This document shows, in pieces, positions 13,726-24,990 of a DNA stretch of 64,000 bases. This stretch comes from Octopus sinensis. Its lineage: Eukaryota. The notes beneath the pieces are model-generated. The model had not been told where the DNA came from. It did not search any database and saw nothing but the letters and a program-made list of their open reading frames with translations. How positions within the stretch are numbered: position 1 is the stretch's first letter; the number at the start of each line of letters is the position of its first letter. The translations under genes were made by a program, and so were the position numbers. The stretch lies in NCBI RefSeq assembly GCF_006345805.1, contig NC_042998.1:112654001-112718000 (forward strand), written 5' to 3'.

Positions 13726-14559
13726 CTTCTAGTGACATCTTCCACACACTTTAAAAAAAAGATCTATTTTTAATTAATTTTTTTATTTTATCTTTTTATC
13801 TATCTCGCACACTCCCACATACATAGTTTGCACACACACACACACACACACACACACCCACACACACACACATAATACATACACACCTACCGCGCACACA
13901 CACAGGTTTACATATCCTGACATTATAAAAAGAATTCCTCACGCACATACCAATATACACACACGCACGCGCAGACATACATTCACACGCATATACACGC
14001 ATCACAAACACATACGTACATATACACATACACATCTCTACACACGCCTCCACACACTCATACACATACACACACGCCCACACACATGGACTCACACAAC
14101 ACTCATACGCACATACACATACACACATGCCCGCACACACTCATACGAACAAACACAAGCACATACGCACTTACAGCAACACCAACGCACTCACACACCT
14201 GTCACCTCACTTCACACACACGCGCGCGCGCGCGCACACATACACACGCACACACACACACACATATATAGTCCCCCACGCACACACGCACAACTTTCAT
14301 ATGTACATACGCACACACAGAAACACCCGCACACTCACACACTCTTCACCTCGTCTCTCGCTTCTCACCACCAAATCGAACTTTGGCCACTAACCTGTTC
14401 GTCTACTCGACCCTACACCCTTACACATACATCATTCACATAAACACAAACACACACGTACACAGATACTACCACACACACACACACACACACACACACT
14501 GGCCATCTTTGCACTCTCCGTTCCAATAAACCACTTGCTCTATCTCTTTCCACTTCGCT

Positions 14560-14960
14560 CACTTCTTATTTCCTTATTGCCCACAAGGGGCTAAACATAG
14601 AGGAGACAAACAAGGACAGACAAACGGATTAAGTCGATTACATCGACCCCAGTGCGTAACTGGTACTTAATTTATCGACCCCGAAAGGATGAAAGGCAAC
14701 GTCGACCTCGGTGGAATTTGAACTAAGAACGTAGCGGCAGACGAAATACCTATTTCTTTACTACCCACAATGGGCTAAACACAGAGAGGACAAACAAGGA
14801 CAGACAAACGGATTAAGTCGATTATATCGACCCCAGTGTGTAACTGGTACTTATTTAATCGACTCCGAAAGGATGAAAGGCAAAGTCAACCTCGGCGGAA
14901 TTTGAACTCAGAACGTAGCCCGGCGTGCCAACAATTCTGCCAGCTGGTCGCCTTAAACTT
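14560..14960 (-). mobile_element. SINE family A, tandem composite (core and tail duplicated)
   Basis: Two consecutive units of CCCACAA.GGGCTAAAC...GATTAAGTCGATTA...AAAGGATGAAAGGCAA...GAATTTGAAC. Confidence 0.8.
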
Positions 14961-15129
14961 TGTTCACTTCTGTCATGTAACCACACACGAGCTGTTCGTG
15001 GACGTTTTCCTTCTCTGAACTTTCCCTCTCTCCTCTTTCTAGGGAAGAGCTATCCTTTAAACGTGGTGAGAGTCAAGCTAATGCATTCCATATGTACGTC
15101 CTCTTGTTGCTTTATTCTTTTTTATTCCT

Positions 15130-15335
15130 TTTTACTTGTTTCAGTCATGTGACTGCGGCGATGCTGGAGCACCGCCTTTAGTCGAAGAAATCGATCCCAG
15201 GACTTATTCTTTGTAAGCCTAGTACTTATTCTGTCGGTCTCTTTTGCCGGACCTCTAAGTTACGGGGTCATTGAAACACCAGCATCAGTTGTCAAGCGAT
15301 GATTGGTGGGGACAAACACAGACCCACACAAATAT
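15130..15335 (-). mobile_element. SINE family C, 3' half (OR/OK-like)
   Basis: Matches 37330-37530 in reverse. Other copies at about 18430-18635 and 46900-47060. Confidence 0.75.
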
Positions 15336-15344
15336 ATATATATA

Positions 15345-15610
15345 ATTGGAATTTATAGAAAAATAAAAGCCGAAGACAGGTGTATAAACAACACGCAGGT
15401 GTATTAGTTTAACGCTCGGGAAGATGAGAAAGTATTTTACGTTTCGAGCTTACGCTCTTCAACAGAAAGGAACACTATAAAATAAACAGAGAGAATAAAA
15501 AAGCTTTAGCGAACAGCGGTCGATCATGGCGGCTGGCTGGACAGAGGTGATTAGACAGAAGGGCTAAGAAGAAGGGGACATAATAAAGTATTGGTGATCC
15601 CAAAACGAAG
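15345..15610 (-). mobile_element. Penelope-like pseudo-LTR fragment containing a minimal hammerhead-like motif (15435-15468)
   Basis: Minus strand: TTT-CTGTTGA-A-GAGC GTAA GCTC-GAAA-C-GTA-AAA. It follows (TA)n and lies near a Penelope RT fragment of the same orientation. Confidence 0.6.
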
Positions 15611-15954
15611 GTGTGCGTGCGTGTGTATGTGAGAGTTTGTAAGTGTGTGCTTGTGGATAGGGGCTGGTGACGACGTATGGATGTGTGCATATGTAAGTGT
15701 GTGCGTCTGTAATGTGTGGGTGTGTGGATGGGGAAGTGGTCAATGCTAGTGTGTGCGGAGTGGTGTGATGTGGTGTTGTGGTGTAGTGATGTGAGGTGTG
15801 TTGTGTTGTGGTGGTATGATGGTGCGGTGTGTTGTGTTGTGGTGTGGTGATGTGTGGTGTTGTAATGTGGTTTGTGGTGTGGTGGTGTGTGGCGAAGTGT
15901 GGTGGTGATGTTGGAGTGTGGGGATATGAAAGTGGGGTGTGGGGATGCGAGGGT

Positions 15955-16265
15955 GTGGGTTTGCATAGTTTGGGACCCATTCTCATTCCCATGGCCACTC
16001 CCGAGAAATATTGGTAAAACTCACTCGCGACCGAAAAGCTGTTGAGAGAATAAGTTCGGCCAGACGAAGAATTGTGGACGTGTCAGGTTGGGGGGTTAGG
16101 TCGAAGATCTAGGTAGCGTTTGAGGGCAAGAAACCCTTCGTGGTGTGGGATCACCGTATATAGACTCTTTATGTCAAGAGTGAAGGGAAGTTTAGAGAGG
16201 CCAGGAGGGAAGGAGAAAGAGTTGAAAAGACGAAGAGCATGGTTAGTGCTGTGGATGTGTAAGGG
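15955..16265 (-). mobile_element. Penelope-like reverse transcriptase fragment
   Basis: Hand translation across frameshifts: IHSTNHALRLFNSF...FTLDIKSLYTVIPHHEG...ILRLAELIL...GVAMGMRMGP.YAN. Confidence 0.8.
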
Positions 16266-16289
16266 GAGAAACCCGTCGTGTATGTATGC

Positions 16290-16365
<76 letters not shown>

Positions 16366-16857
16366 AATAATAAAGGCAGAAATTGATGTTAATCAATTAA
16401 AATCAGTGTCTTAGCATATTTAAAAATCCAAAGATAAAAAATTGTGTTACATACAAAATTAAGAGGAATGACCACTAACGTGGACACCCTATATGCTAAA
16501 CATAGACGTCAGATCGCCATTACCACGAAGAATGTGTTCTCAAGAAAAAAAGCTCAGCAAAACGCCAAAATGTAAAAATGAGCCAGACAAATGAAAACAT
16601 ACGAAATAAAAACGATTACCTACGTACCATTGGTTTCACTTGCTAATATCTACGTATCTGAACACTGGATTACATGTTACCAGTAGCGCACATACATGCA
16701 TACATACATACATACATACATACATACATACATACATACATACATACATACATGCATACATACATGCATACATACATACATACATACATACATACATACA
16801 TACATACATACATACATACATACATACATACATACATACACACATACGTACATAACA

Positions 16858-17716
16858 CACTGCCTGAATACCAGTTTCTTGAGAAATTGGGCTTCTCAGA
16901 ACCAGAAAGGAAAAAGCTAATTCGAAGACTACAGATCCAGTCCATCACTAGAACTGTAAAAATCTGTAAAACTTTCCAGAAGTTTATCATTTAAATATAT
17001 ACGAGCTTGTCTAGATATGCAACTATATGCATGAGAATACATACATGAAACAAACATACAAATCATACATACATACATACATACATACATACATACATAC
17101 ATACATACATACATACATACATACATACATACATACATACATTATGGCTGCCCCCTCGTTATCGAGTATGGCCATTGCACGAAGCTTAACTGTTACTGGT
17201 GCTGTGATCGATGTGACTTTTTAGCCCAGCTAAAGATCTACAATGTCTTGTACAAAATTGGCAACTAAGACCTTTACTGGTAATAGCCGGCTGTAGTTGT
17301 AACTGGGCTTCATGTACCTCTGCATGTCGTTTAAGTCCTCCTGCCGAATTACACTCTCTTCCACATGCCCAACAGATATGATTAGTAGGGTGTGTTACAC
17401 CACCACCAGTGGCCAGGTTGTCACTCATCTGTCTCGTTTTATGACTACGAAGATGACTCATGAGTCCAGCTTTACTGAGGCAGGGTCTTGCACAGACATT
17501 GCACATACATACATACATACATACATGCATTCATACATACATACATACATACATACATACATACATACATACATACATACATACACGCATGTATGCATGC
17601 ATACATACAAAAATACCCTGTTGTTGATGTTGAAATTCCAATGAAGGAGCCTTGGATCTAAGTTAGAAACCAGCTCTTTCTCTATTGGCAAAAAAATCTT
17701 AAAACTCAATAAGGAC
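16858..17716 (+). mobile_element. 3' end of an R4-like LINE (family of the 27-30 kb element), interrupted by an RTE-like insertion
   Basis: LEKLGFSEPERKKLIRRLQIQSITRTVKICKTFQKFII* aligns with LDQFGFS...LTRTLQIQSVSGTVKLCKTFLRFKM* at about 29950-30074. The 3' UTR motif GTTAGAAACCAGCTC occurs at both 17661 and 30121. Confidence 0.75.
17142..17505 (-). mobile_element. 5'-truncated RTE-like LINE 3' end encoding tandem C2H2 zinc fingers
   Basis: CNVC...LMSHLRSH, CWAC...LKRHAEVH and CQFC...LKSH. A terminal stem-loop ATGGC..CTCG ATAA CGAG..GCCAT is followed by (TATG)n. Confidence 0.7.
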
Positions 17717-18632
17717 ACACACACATACATACATACACACACACACACCCACATACATACATACATACATACATACATACATACATACATACATACATAC
17801 ATACATACATACATACATACATACATACATACATACATGTCTGCAAGCATGGATGCATGAGAAATCAATACGAATACTGACGTCATATGATTTGGAATCC
17901 CGTTGAATTCCTCGTCAGAATCCATACACCTGTCTTGCGTGGTCGCAGGTATATAAAGTATATGTATTTATAACCATTATATGTAATGTTGTCTCTAAAT
18001 CAGTTAACCTGATTTGCATAATTAAACCCTTTGCTGGCGATAATTCAATTAATTAATGCCTTTTTAATTTTCAGTCCGCGGAACCGAAAACAACAGTTAT
18101 TTGTCCAGTCTTACAGTGTCAGCGAAAAGTATTAAGCGTACCGTTATATAGATTTATAATTATACGCTTGTATTATATTAATGTAATAACAATTGATTTT
18201 ATCAATATGTTCTAATAACTACGCTACTCATTGCAATAACAATTGAATTATCGTAATTATTTAAGCAAATCGTAACTTACGCAAATCAGACTAAGTACTT
18301 TACAGGAATAACAATATTTAATAACTGTAAATAACTGTATGAGCAGAAAAGGTGAATAAGTGACTTCTGAAGATGAGTTCAACAGGATTCGAAACCAAAT
18401 TAGGTCAATCTCTCCCTTTATAACATTTTGTTTTACTAGTTTCAGTCCTTATGCTATGGTCATGCTGGGGTATGGTCTTGAAGAATTTTTAGTCGAGTGG
18501 ATCGACCCCTGTAATTATTCTTTTAAGCCTGATACTTATTGTATCTCCGTCTTTTGCCGAACCGCTAAGTTACAGGGACGCAAACACATCAACACCAGTT
18601 GCCAATGGGTGTGGGGGAACAAAGATAGACAC

Positions 18633-18990
18633 AATCCTATTGGACTATTACATGTGGAGTGTTGTTGAGAGAGAGGTCAATGAACACGCCCATAATACCA
18701 AAGATACTTGGAAAGCTGCCATAGTCAGAGTAATGACCAAAATGAACCAGGACCACTTGATTCGAGCATGTAGATGATTTAGATCTCATATAGAAGCAGT
18801 TGTTGAAGCTGAAGGTGGCTTTATTGATTAACATTATAGAAAAGAAGGTTTATTTTTATCCTCATAGTATTTTTTCATAAATAAAGTTATCTGTTATTTT
18901 ATATATCTGTTTTATATATATCTTATTTTATATATTGTTTTTTTTTATAAAAAACATAAATCTGTCCTCTAATATCTAACGCACCGTGTA
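18633..18990 (+). mobile_element. Tc1/maT-like transposase C-terminal remnant with right end
   Basis: LDYYMWSVVEREVNEHAHNTKD...KAAIVRVMTKMNQDHLIRACR*FRSHIEAVVEAEGGFID*. Ends ...GCACCGTG followed by TA. Confidence 0.75.
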
Positions 18991-18992
18991 TA

Positions 18993-19033
<41 letters not shown>

Positions 19034-19051
19034 CTATCTATCGATATATAT

Positions 19052-19284
19052 AAAGTTAATCCAAACAAGAAAACACAAAAAAAAAACAAAAAAACACAAC
19101 AACGCGAGGACGTGGAACAAATATAGTATTATTGGACGCTCAGGAAAGAAGGGAAGAAGGAGGGTTTAACGTTTCGAGCGGAGCTCTTCGTCGGAAACAT
19201 AAGAGAAGGAAAGATCCCGAGAAGGGAAGACAGAGGAAAAAAACCGCCAACGGTACTCACGAGGTCACATTTTGAAAAAAAAAA
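19052..19284 (-). mobile_element. Short hammerhead-bearing (Penelope pLTR-like) insertion with a long flanking duplication
   Basis: Motif 19164-19198, minus strand: GTTT-CCGACGA-A-GAGC TCC GCTC-GAAA-C-GTT-AAAC. TATATATACATATCTATCTATCGATATATA occurs at both 19021-19050 and 19291-19320. Confidence 0.65.
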
Positions 19285-19375
19285 TATATATATATATACA
19301 TATCTATCTATCGATATATATATATATAATATATAAAAACATAGTCAAATGCGATAAAATAAATTATTATCGCCG

Positions 19376-19419
<44 letters not shown>

Positions 19420-19436
19420 ATTTATTATATAGAAGG

Positions 19437-19486
19437 AGCTTCTACAGGACTAGAACTGTTTCATCAAGAGAAATCTTCAGGAAGCT
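19437..19486 (-). ncRNA. Type I hammerhead ribozyme motif (monomeric form)
   Basis: AGCTTC-CTGAAGA-TTTCTCTTGAT-GAAA-CAG-TTCTAGTC-CTG-TA-GAAGCT. Perfect 6-bp stem I, intact core, paired stem III and a GUA triplet; stem II is weak. Confidence 0.7.
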
Positions 19487-19667
19487 AGTTAACAAGAATT
19501 GTATTGGCATTTATACATTTAGGCAGGTTTAAGGGGTGTTGGTGGGGACTTTTTGGGGGTAGGCATAGCGCAAAAAATCATACTTGGGGGAGTGGTCAAG
19601 GAGTCAGTGTTAAATTAGATAGGAGAATAAATAAAAAATAATAAATAATAAATAAAAAATAAAAAAT

Positions 19668-19718
<51 letters not shown>

Positions 19719-20271
19719 TATTGATAATTCGTAGGGATTTCTCCAAACCTTTACCGGTTTGCTCACAGAGTTAGATATTTAAAAATAGGTTGTTGAAAGC
19801 TTAATATATAAATCCAATAATAATTCTCATAAGATAAGAATTCAGAGATATATTCCGTTGGATAATTCTAAAAATATTACCTTAACCACATAGATTTCCT
19901 GGAATACATAATATCAATAATAATAATAGTAATAATAATAAGGACTATTCCGAAATGACTTAGCATTACCTTCAATTACTTTTTATTTATACAGTTGAAA
20001 CACGTGTCTCTCTATTTAAAGCTGTATATATAAAAAGGAATTAAAGGTAATGCTATGCCACTTCGTAATAATCCTCATTATTATTATCATTATTATTTCA
20101 TGATCGATAAATTACCAAGGAAACATTGGTGTCAGTGTAATCGACTATACCCCACCCCAAATTTCAGGCCTTGTGCCTATAGTAGAAAGGATTATTATTA
20201 TTATTGTTGTTGTTGTCGTTGTTGTTATGATTATTATTATTATTGTTATTATTATTATTATTATTATTATT

Positions 20272-20495
20272 CAGTAGTTTTATTTTTATTTTTATAGCGT
20301 GCTTTCACTTCACTACCGAGCGCAGCTCCGTGTGCCTTGGGTATGTGCTGTGATTTGTTGTGATGCTTTGATGGTTATTGTATGGAAAGTGTTCTGCGTA
20401 GGATGTGTGCAGTGCCTAGTAGTGCAATTTTCTGTATGTTATATGTGTTTGTAAGTCCTGGTGTTTTTGTTATGTATTTGTCTGAATATTTTTTT
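20272..20495 (-). mobile_element. Extreme 3' end of a Dong-like LINE in (TAA)n
   Basis: Near-identical to 55075-55290 and flanked on both sides by (ATT)n. Confidence 0.85.
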
Positions 20496-20507
20496 TTTTA
20501 ATTATTA

Positions 20508-20580
<73 letters not shown>

Positions 20581-20583
<3 letters not shown>

Positions 20584-21185
20584 AGGCAACGAGTAGACAG
20601 ACTTGGTAGCACGCCGGGCGAAATACTTTGAGGTATTTCGCTTGTCTTTACGGTCTGAATTCAAATTCCACTGAGATCGACTTTGCCTTTCATCCTTTCG
20701 GGATTGATTAATTAAGTATCAGTTACGCACGGGCGTCGATGTAATCGACTTAATCCCTTCACCCAAAAATTTTAAATGATAGTTATTATTATTATTAAAG
20801 GCTATTATTATTATTAGCACGCCGGGCGATGTGCTTAGCAGTATTTCGTCTGCCGCTATGTTCTGAGTTCAAATTCCGCCGAGGTCGACTTTGCCTTTCA
20901 TCCTTTCGGTAAATTAAGTACCAGTTACACATTGGGGTCGATATAATCGACTTAATCCGTTTATCTGTCCTTGTTCGTCTCCTCTGTGTTTAGCCCCTTG
21001 TGGGTAGTAATGAAATAGGTATTTCATCTGCCGCTACCTTCTTAGTTCAAATTCTGCCTAGGTCGACTATGCCTTTCATCCTTTCAGGGTCGATAAATCA
21101 AGTATCAATTGAATAATGGGGTCGATGTAATCGTCTAGTCCTCTCTCTTCAAATTTCAGGCCTTGTGCGTATTGTAGAAAGGATT
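20581..21185 (+). mobile_element. Cluster of three family A SINE units
   Basis: The core TTCAAATTC...GTCGACTTTGCCTTTCATCCTTTC repeats at about 20660, 20868 and 21046. Confidence 0.8.
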
Positions 21186-23323
21186 ATTATTATTATTGAT
21201 ATATAGAGAGAGGGAGGGAGAGGAGAGAGGGGAGAGAGAGGAAGAGAGAGAGATTTTGTAAAACTGTAGGCTGTTGTAGTTGTATTACTCCACGCCTTTC
21301 TTAAGGTGGTTTAGTCGTAACTAAAACGCTTTTTTCCATGACACAGTGTATATACAACTACTTCATTTTATGTGTTTTTCTGATTTTAATAAAGCTTTAT
21401 TTGGGTTTCCGCTAATCGAACACCTGCACGGTAAAAGTAGAATCCCTTTAATGATCGGCTCTGAAATTTGACAAAAAAATCCAGTGTCAAAATATTCGAA
21501 TTTGACACGAATATAGATGGTATTCTATATTCAGTTATATTCTGTTATATTCTGTCTTTAGTGCTATATCTAAAAATAGTTGTTATTCGGGGATTCTCTG
21601 ATAATGACAAAATACTGAACACAAACTGACTAAAATATTTGATCAGCGAATATCTTGTTTTCTTCGTTCATTTTTGTACACCCTCCTTCCTCGTTACATA
21701 GTCTCTCTCTCTCCCCTTCTCTCTCTCCTTCTCTCTCTCCCTCTCACTGGACATGATCTATTTTAATCTCAATTTTTGTAATTTCTAGGTATAATCAGTA
21801 TAAAACCGCTAATCATCCAGACACACACACAAACACATACATGCATACAAACATGCATACATACATATATAAATATACACGCATATATGCATAAAGAACA
21901 GGAGAATATACAGCAAGTATATGTAGTCCTTGATATAAAAAAATTTGCTGTAACCATTACTAGGTCATTTGTGATCAAAATCTGCTCGTAAAAGGTTAAA
22001 CAATGAGATAAATCATAGCATCGATTCGGGTAATATGTAGAGCGCCAGTTAAAATGCATGGCGGTATTTAGTTGCATCGCTTTACGTTCTGCATTCAAGT
22101 CTACAAGCGTTAACTTCAATTTTTATGCTTCTGTCGTTGATTATTTTAGGAACAGTTTAATTTCTGGCATCAGTTTAATCATCTATATCTCTCCCCAAAA
22201 TATATAATCGAGTACCTATATAAGAAATAATTATATAAAATGGTAAATGGTGAAATCTGCATCCGACAAAATCCCTTACTACGTTTAGTAAAACCTCTCT
22301 TTACATTGTGAGAACAAATCTCCTTATTGTTGAATTGTACCTTCCATCCGCCCATTCATTCATTAAATAAGTGCCCTGGCGAGTTCTGGGATTAATCAAA
22401 TTGACTAAATCCTCGAGCCACTATAATTCCGTGGCTTTATGTCGATGTCAAAAATCGTAATACCACTTCAGATTGAATACACTATTGCCGTAAATTTTTA
22501 TCTATATCAATATTCTGCTCTTCGCGGTGTTCGGAATCGAACGCATCAAGGAATTTCTAATATAATGAAACAGTTTGTGTAATATAACTCCCCGACTTAA
22601 CAGTTTTCAGTCAAACTGTCCAACCCATGCCAACAAGGAAAGCGAACGTTAAACTATGATGATGAAAGAAACAGTTTTAAATTACTTTAACAATGGAGTC
22701 GTATCTAGGATATAATCGGAATGTTTAGTTTGATGAAACAAGTTTTAGAGAGAGCGTGCAGCTGTTTAATAAACATGTCATATTTTATAATGTGACATCG
22801 GAAACATATTTAATACCCTTTTGATGAAGTAATAAAAATAAATTTCTGTGGCATAAGAATTTTGCAATTCTAATTATAGAAATATTTATCAAACAGTTCA
22901 TCCGATATTATGACTAATATTTATGTAACCTTTAGCTTTTGCCATAAATCAGAAAGGAAGAGGAAAGGAAAAAACAAAGAAAACTTTAAAGCTCATTAAC
23001 TAACGAAGGAAATCGAGGACATAAACGAAGTTTTTAGTATAATGAAATAATATTATGAAATTTAAGAATCGAAATAGAAACAGGAATTTCTATAAAGCGT
23101 GAAATTTCCGATGTGATTCAATCGTTTGAGAGCCAGAAAAAAATTAGCGACCATGCTGAAAGGTTCTAGTCGAAGAAATCGATCCCAGGACTTATTCTTT
23201 GTAATTCTAGTACTTATTCTATTGGTCTCTTTTGCCGAACTGCTAAGTAACGGGGACTATATTTTCTCTCTTTCACATCTTCTGTCTCATATATCGTATA
23301 TCGGTCACTTTCTTCTTTTTCTT

Positions 23324-23359
<36 letters not shown>

Positions 23360-24956
23360 TTTGTTCTATGGCAGAAACTAAAGGTTACATAAATATTTCA
23401 AGATCTATAACAAAAGCCCTCGCCAACATATGTCCATTATATCAGATAAGTCTTTTGATCAATATTCCCAGTTAATATTTCATTAATTAATATTTTATAG
23501 TATTTTATAACCATACAAGAATACCATAGAAATTGATTTATATTGATATATCAAAACGATATCAGCCATAAACGTTTTCAATGTAACGATATAAAATATA
23601 AGACAATTTTAGCAACATTAGCACCAAATATATTTAAAAGCATAGCTTTATTAATACATTAAAGAGGGCGGATAGGTAGAAATAATGCAGCATTAGAAAC
23701 GGTAAATTATTGCAACATTGATTTCAAATCTTTTTTTTTTTTTTGTGGTCAACTTCACAGATTGTTCTCTTCTAAAATTTAGCCTTATATTAGAAATATT
23801 TAATAAATCAACCATCGAGTCGAAGGCTCGTTTCACAACATTGTTCAAGACAATTCGGGAGCTTCTACATTGTCAACCGAGTTGCTAGAAATAGCAACAA
23901 AATTCCTCCCAAATCACGCACTCTACATTATTCAATGTATCCTCTCTCTTTAGAGGGGAGGATGCATTAAACAATGTAGTATTAGCTACACAAAAAGATG
24001 GGATGAGTATGGCTGGAACATCTTTCATCATCATTCTACTCAATTGAGGACTACCTGGGGTTAAAACAGCAACATCTTTTGGGGTTTTTTTTTTTACAAA
24101 AAGTAAACATTGTTCATTGAGAATCGTTTATTCCGATAATCTCAATTCTGTTTAAATGTCAATGTATTCATGAAACAACAGGCGAGCTAAAAAGTCAAAC
24201 AAAACAAATTCGCTTTAGTTACGTCACTAATCTCCTTGGGAAATCATGCAATCGACAATTTCAATGAACTCCATACACACGCACATACGCACGCATGCAC
24301 ATGAGGACACACACACACACACATACACACACACACATACACACACAATCTTATAAACATGTAGTGCCATCTATGACATGGCAAGAAACAATTATCATAT
24401 TTCATCTGCAACTACCTACACCAATGTACGTCGAACCAACGACCCGCTAAAAATAACAACCAAACTTACCTAAAACCAACATTCTCCAGTTTTATGCATG
24501 AAGGAACGTGGAAGACATAGTTAAGGTAATTGTTCCGGTAACTTAGCTGTTTCAAATAGGTAAAAAAAATAATAAGTACAATCGCTGCCATCAATAGCAT
24601 AAAAGTTGACCAGTTGGCTGACCACACTGACCAGTGTGCTATGTTCAATGACAATGATCAGGAGAAAACTGCCGTTACTTAGTAAGTGGAAGTTGATAGC
24701 CGTGTTTAGGCAACGGTCAAACAATCCGATGGATCTAGAGACGGTGATGGTTTTGGTAGAGGCCAGGCTTGGAACTGAGAAAGGGATTAATGATGTTTAA
24801 AGCTTGTGTGTTTACTCGGGGTGTGTATAGTGGGTGAAACTAATTACTGCAAAAGATCTAGCGCCTGTACTTAGAGCATCAGTGCATGAGGTGCACGCGC
24901 ACCAAAAACAGCGCAGTCATTGAAGTCAGTGGGGAAATAGGTTTAGAAAAGAATAA

Positions 24957-24990
<34 letters not shown>

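Noticed and set aside
17186-17530. Host C2H2 zinc-finger gene
   Set aside because: No convincing splice sites or start outside the microsatellite; the LINE-type 3' stem-loop and tail favour a retroelement.
19985-20015. GAAACACGTGTC palindromic stem III-like motif
   Set aside because: No upstream CTGANGA could be found; too degraded to call.
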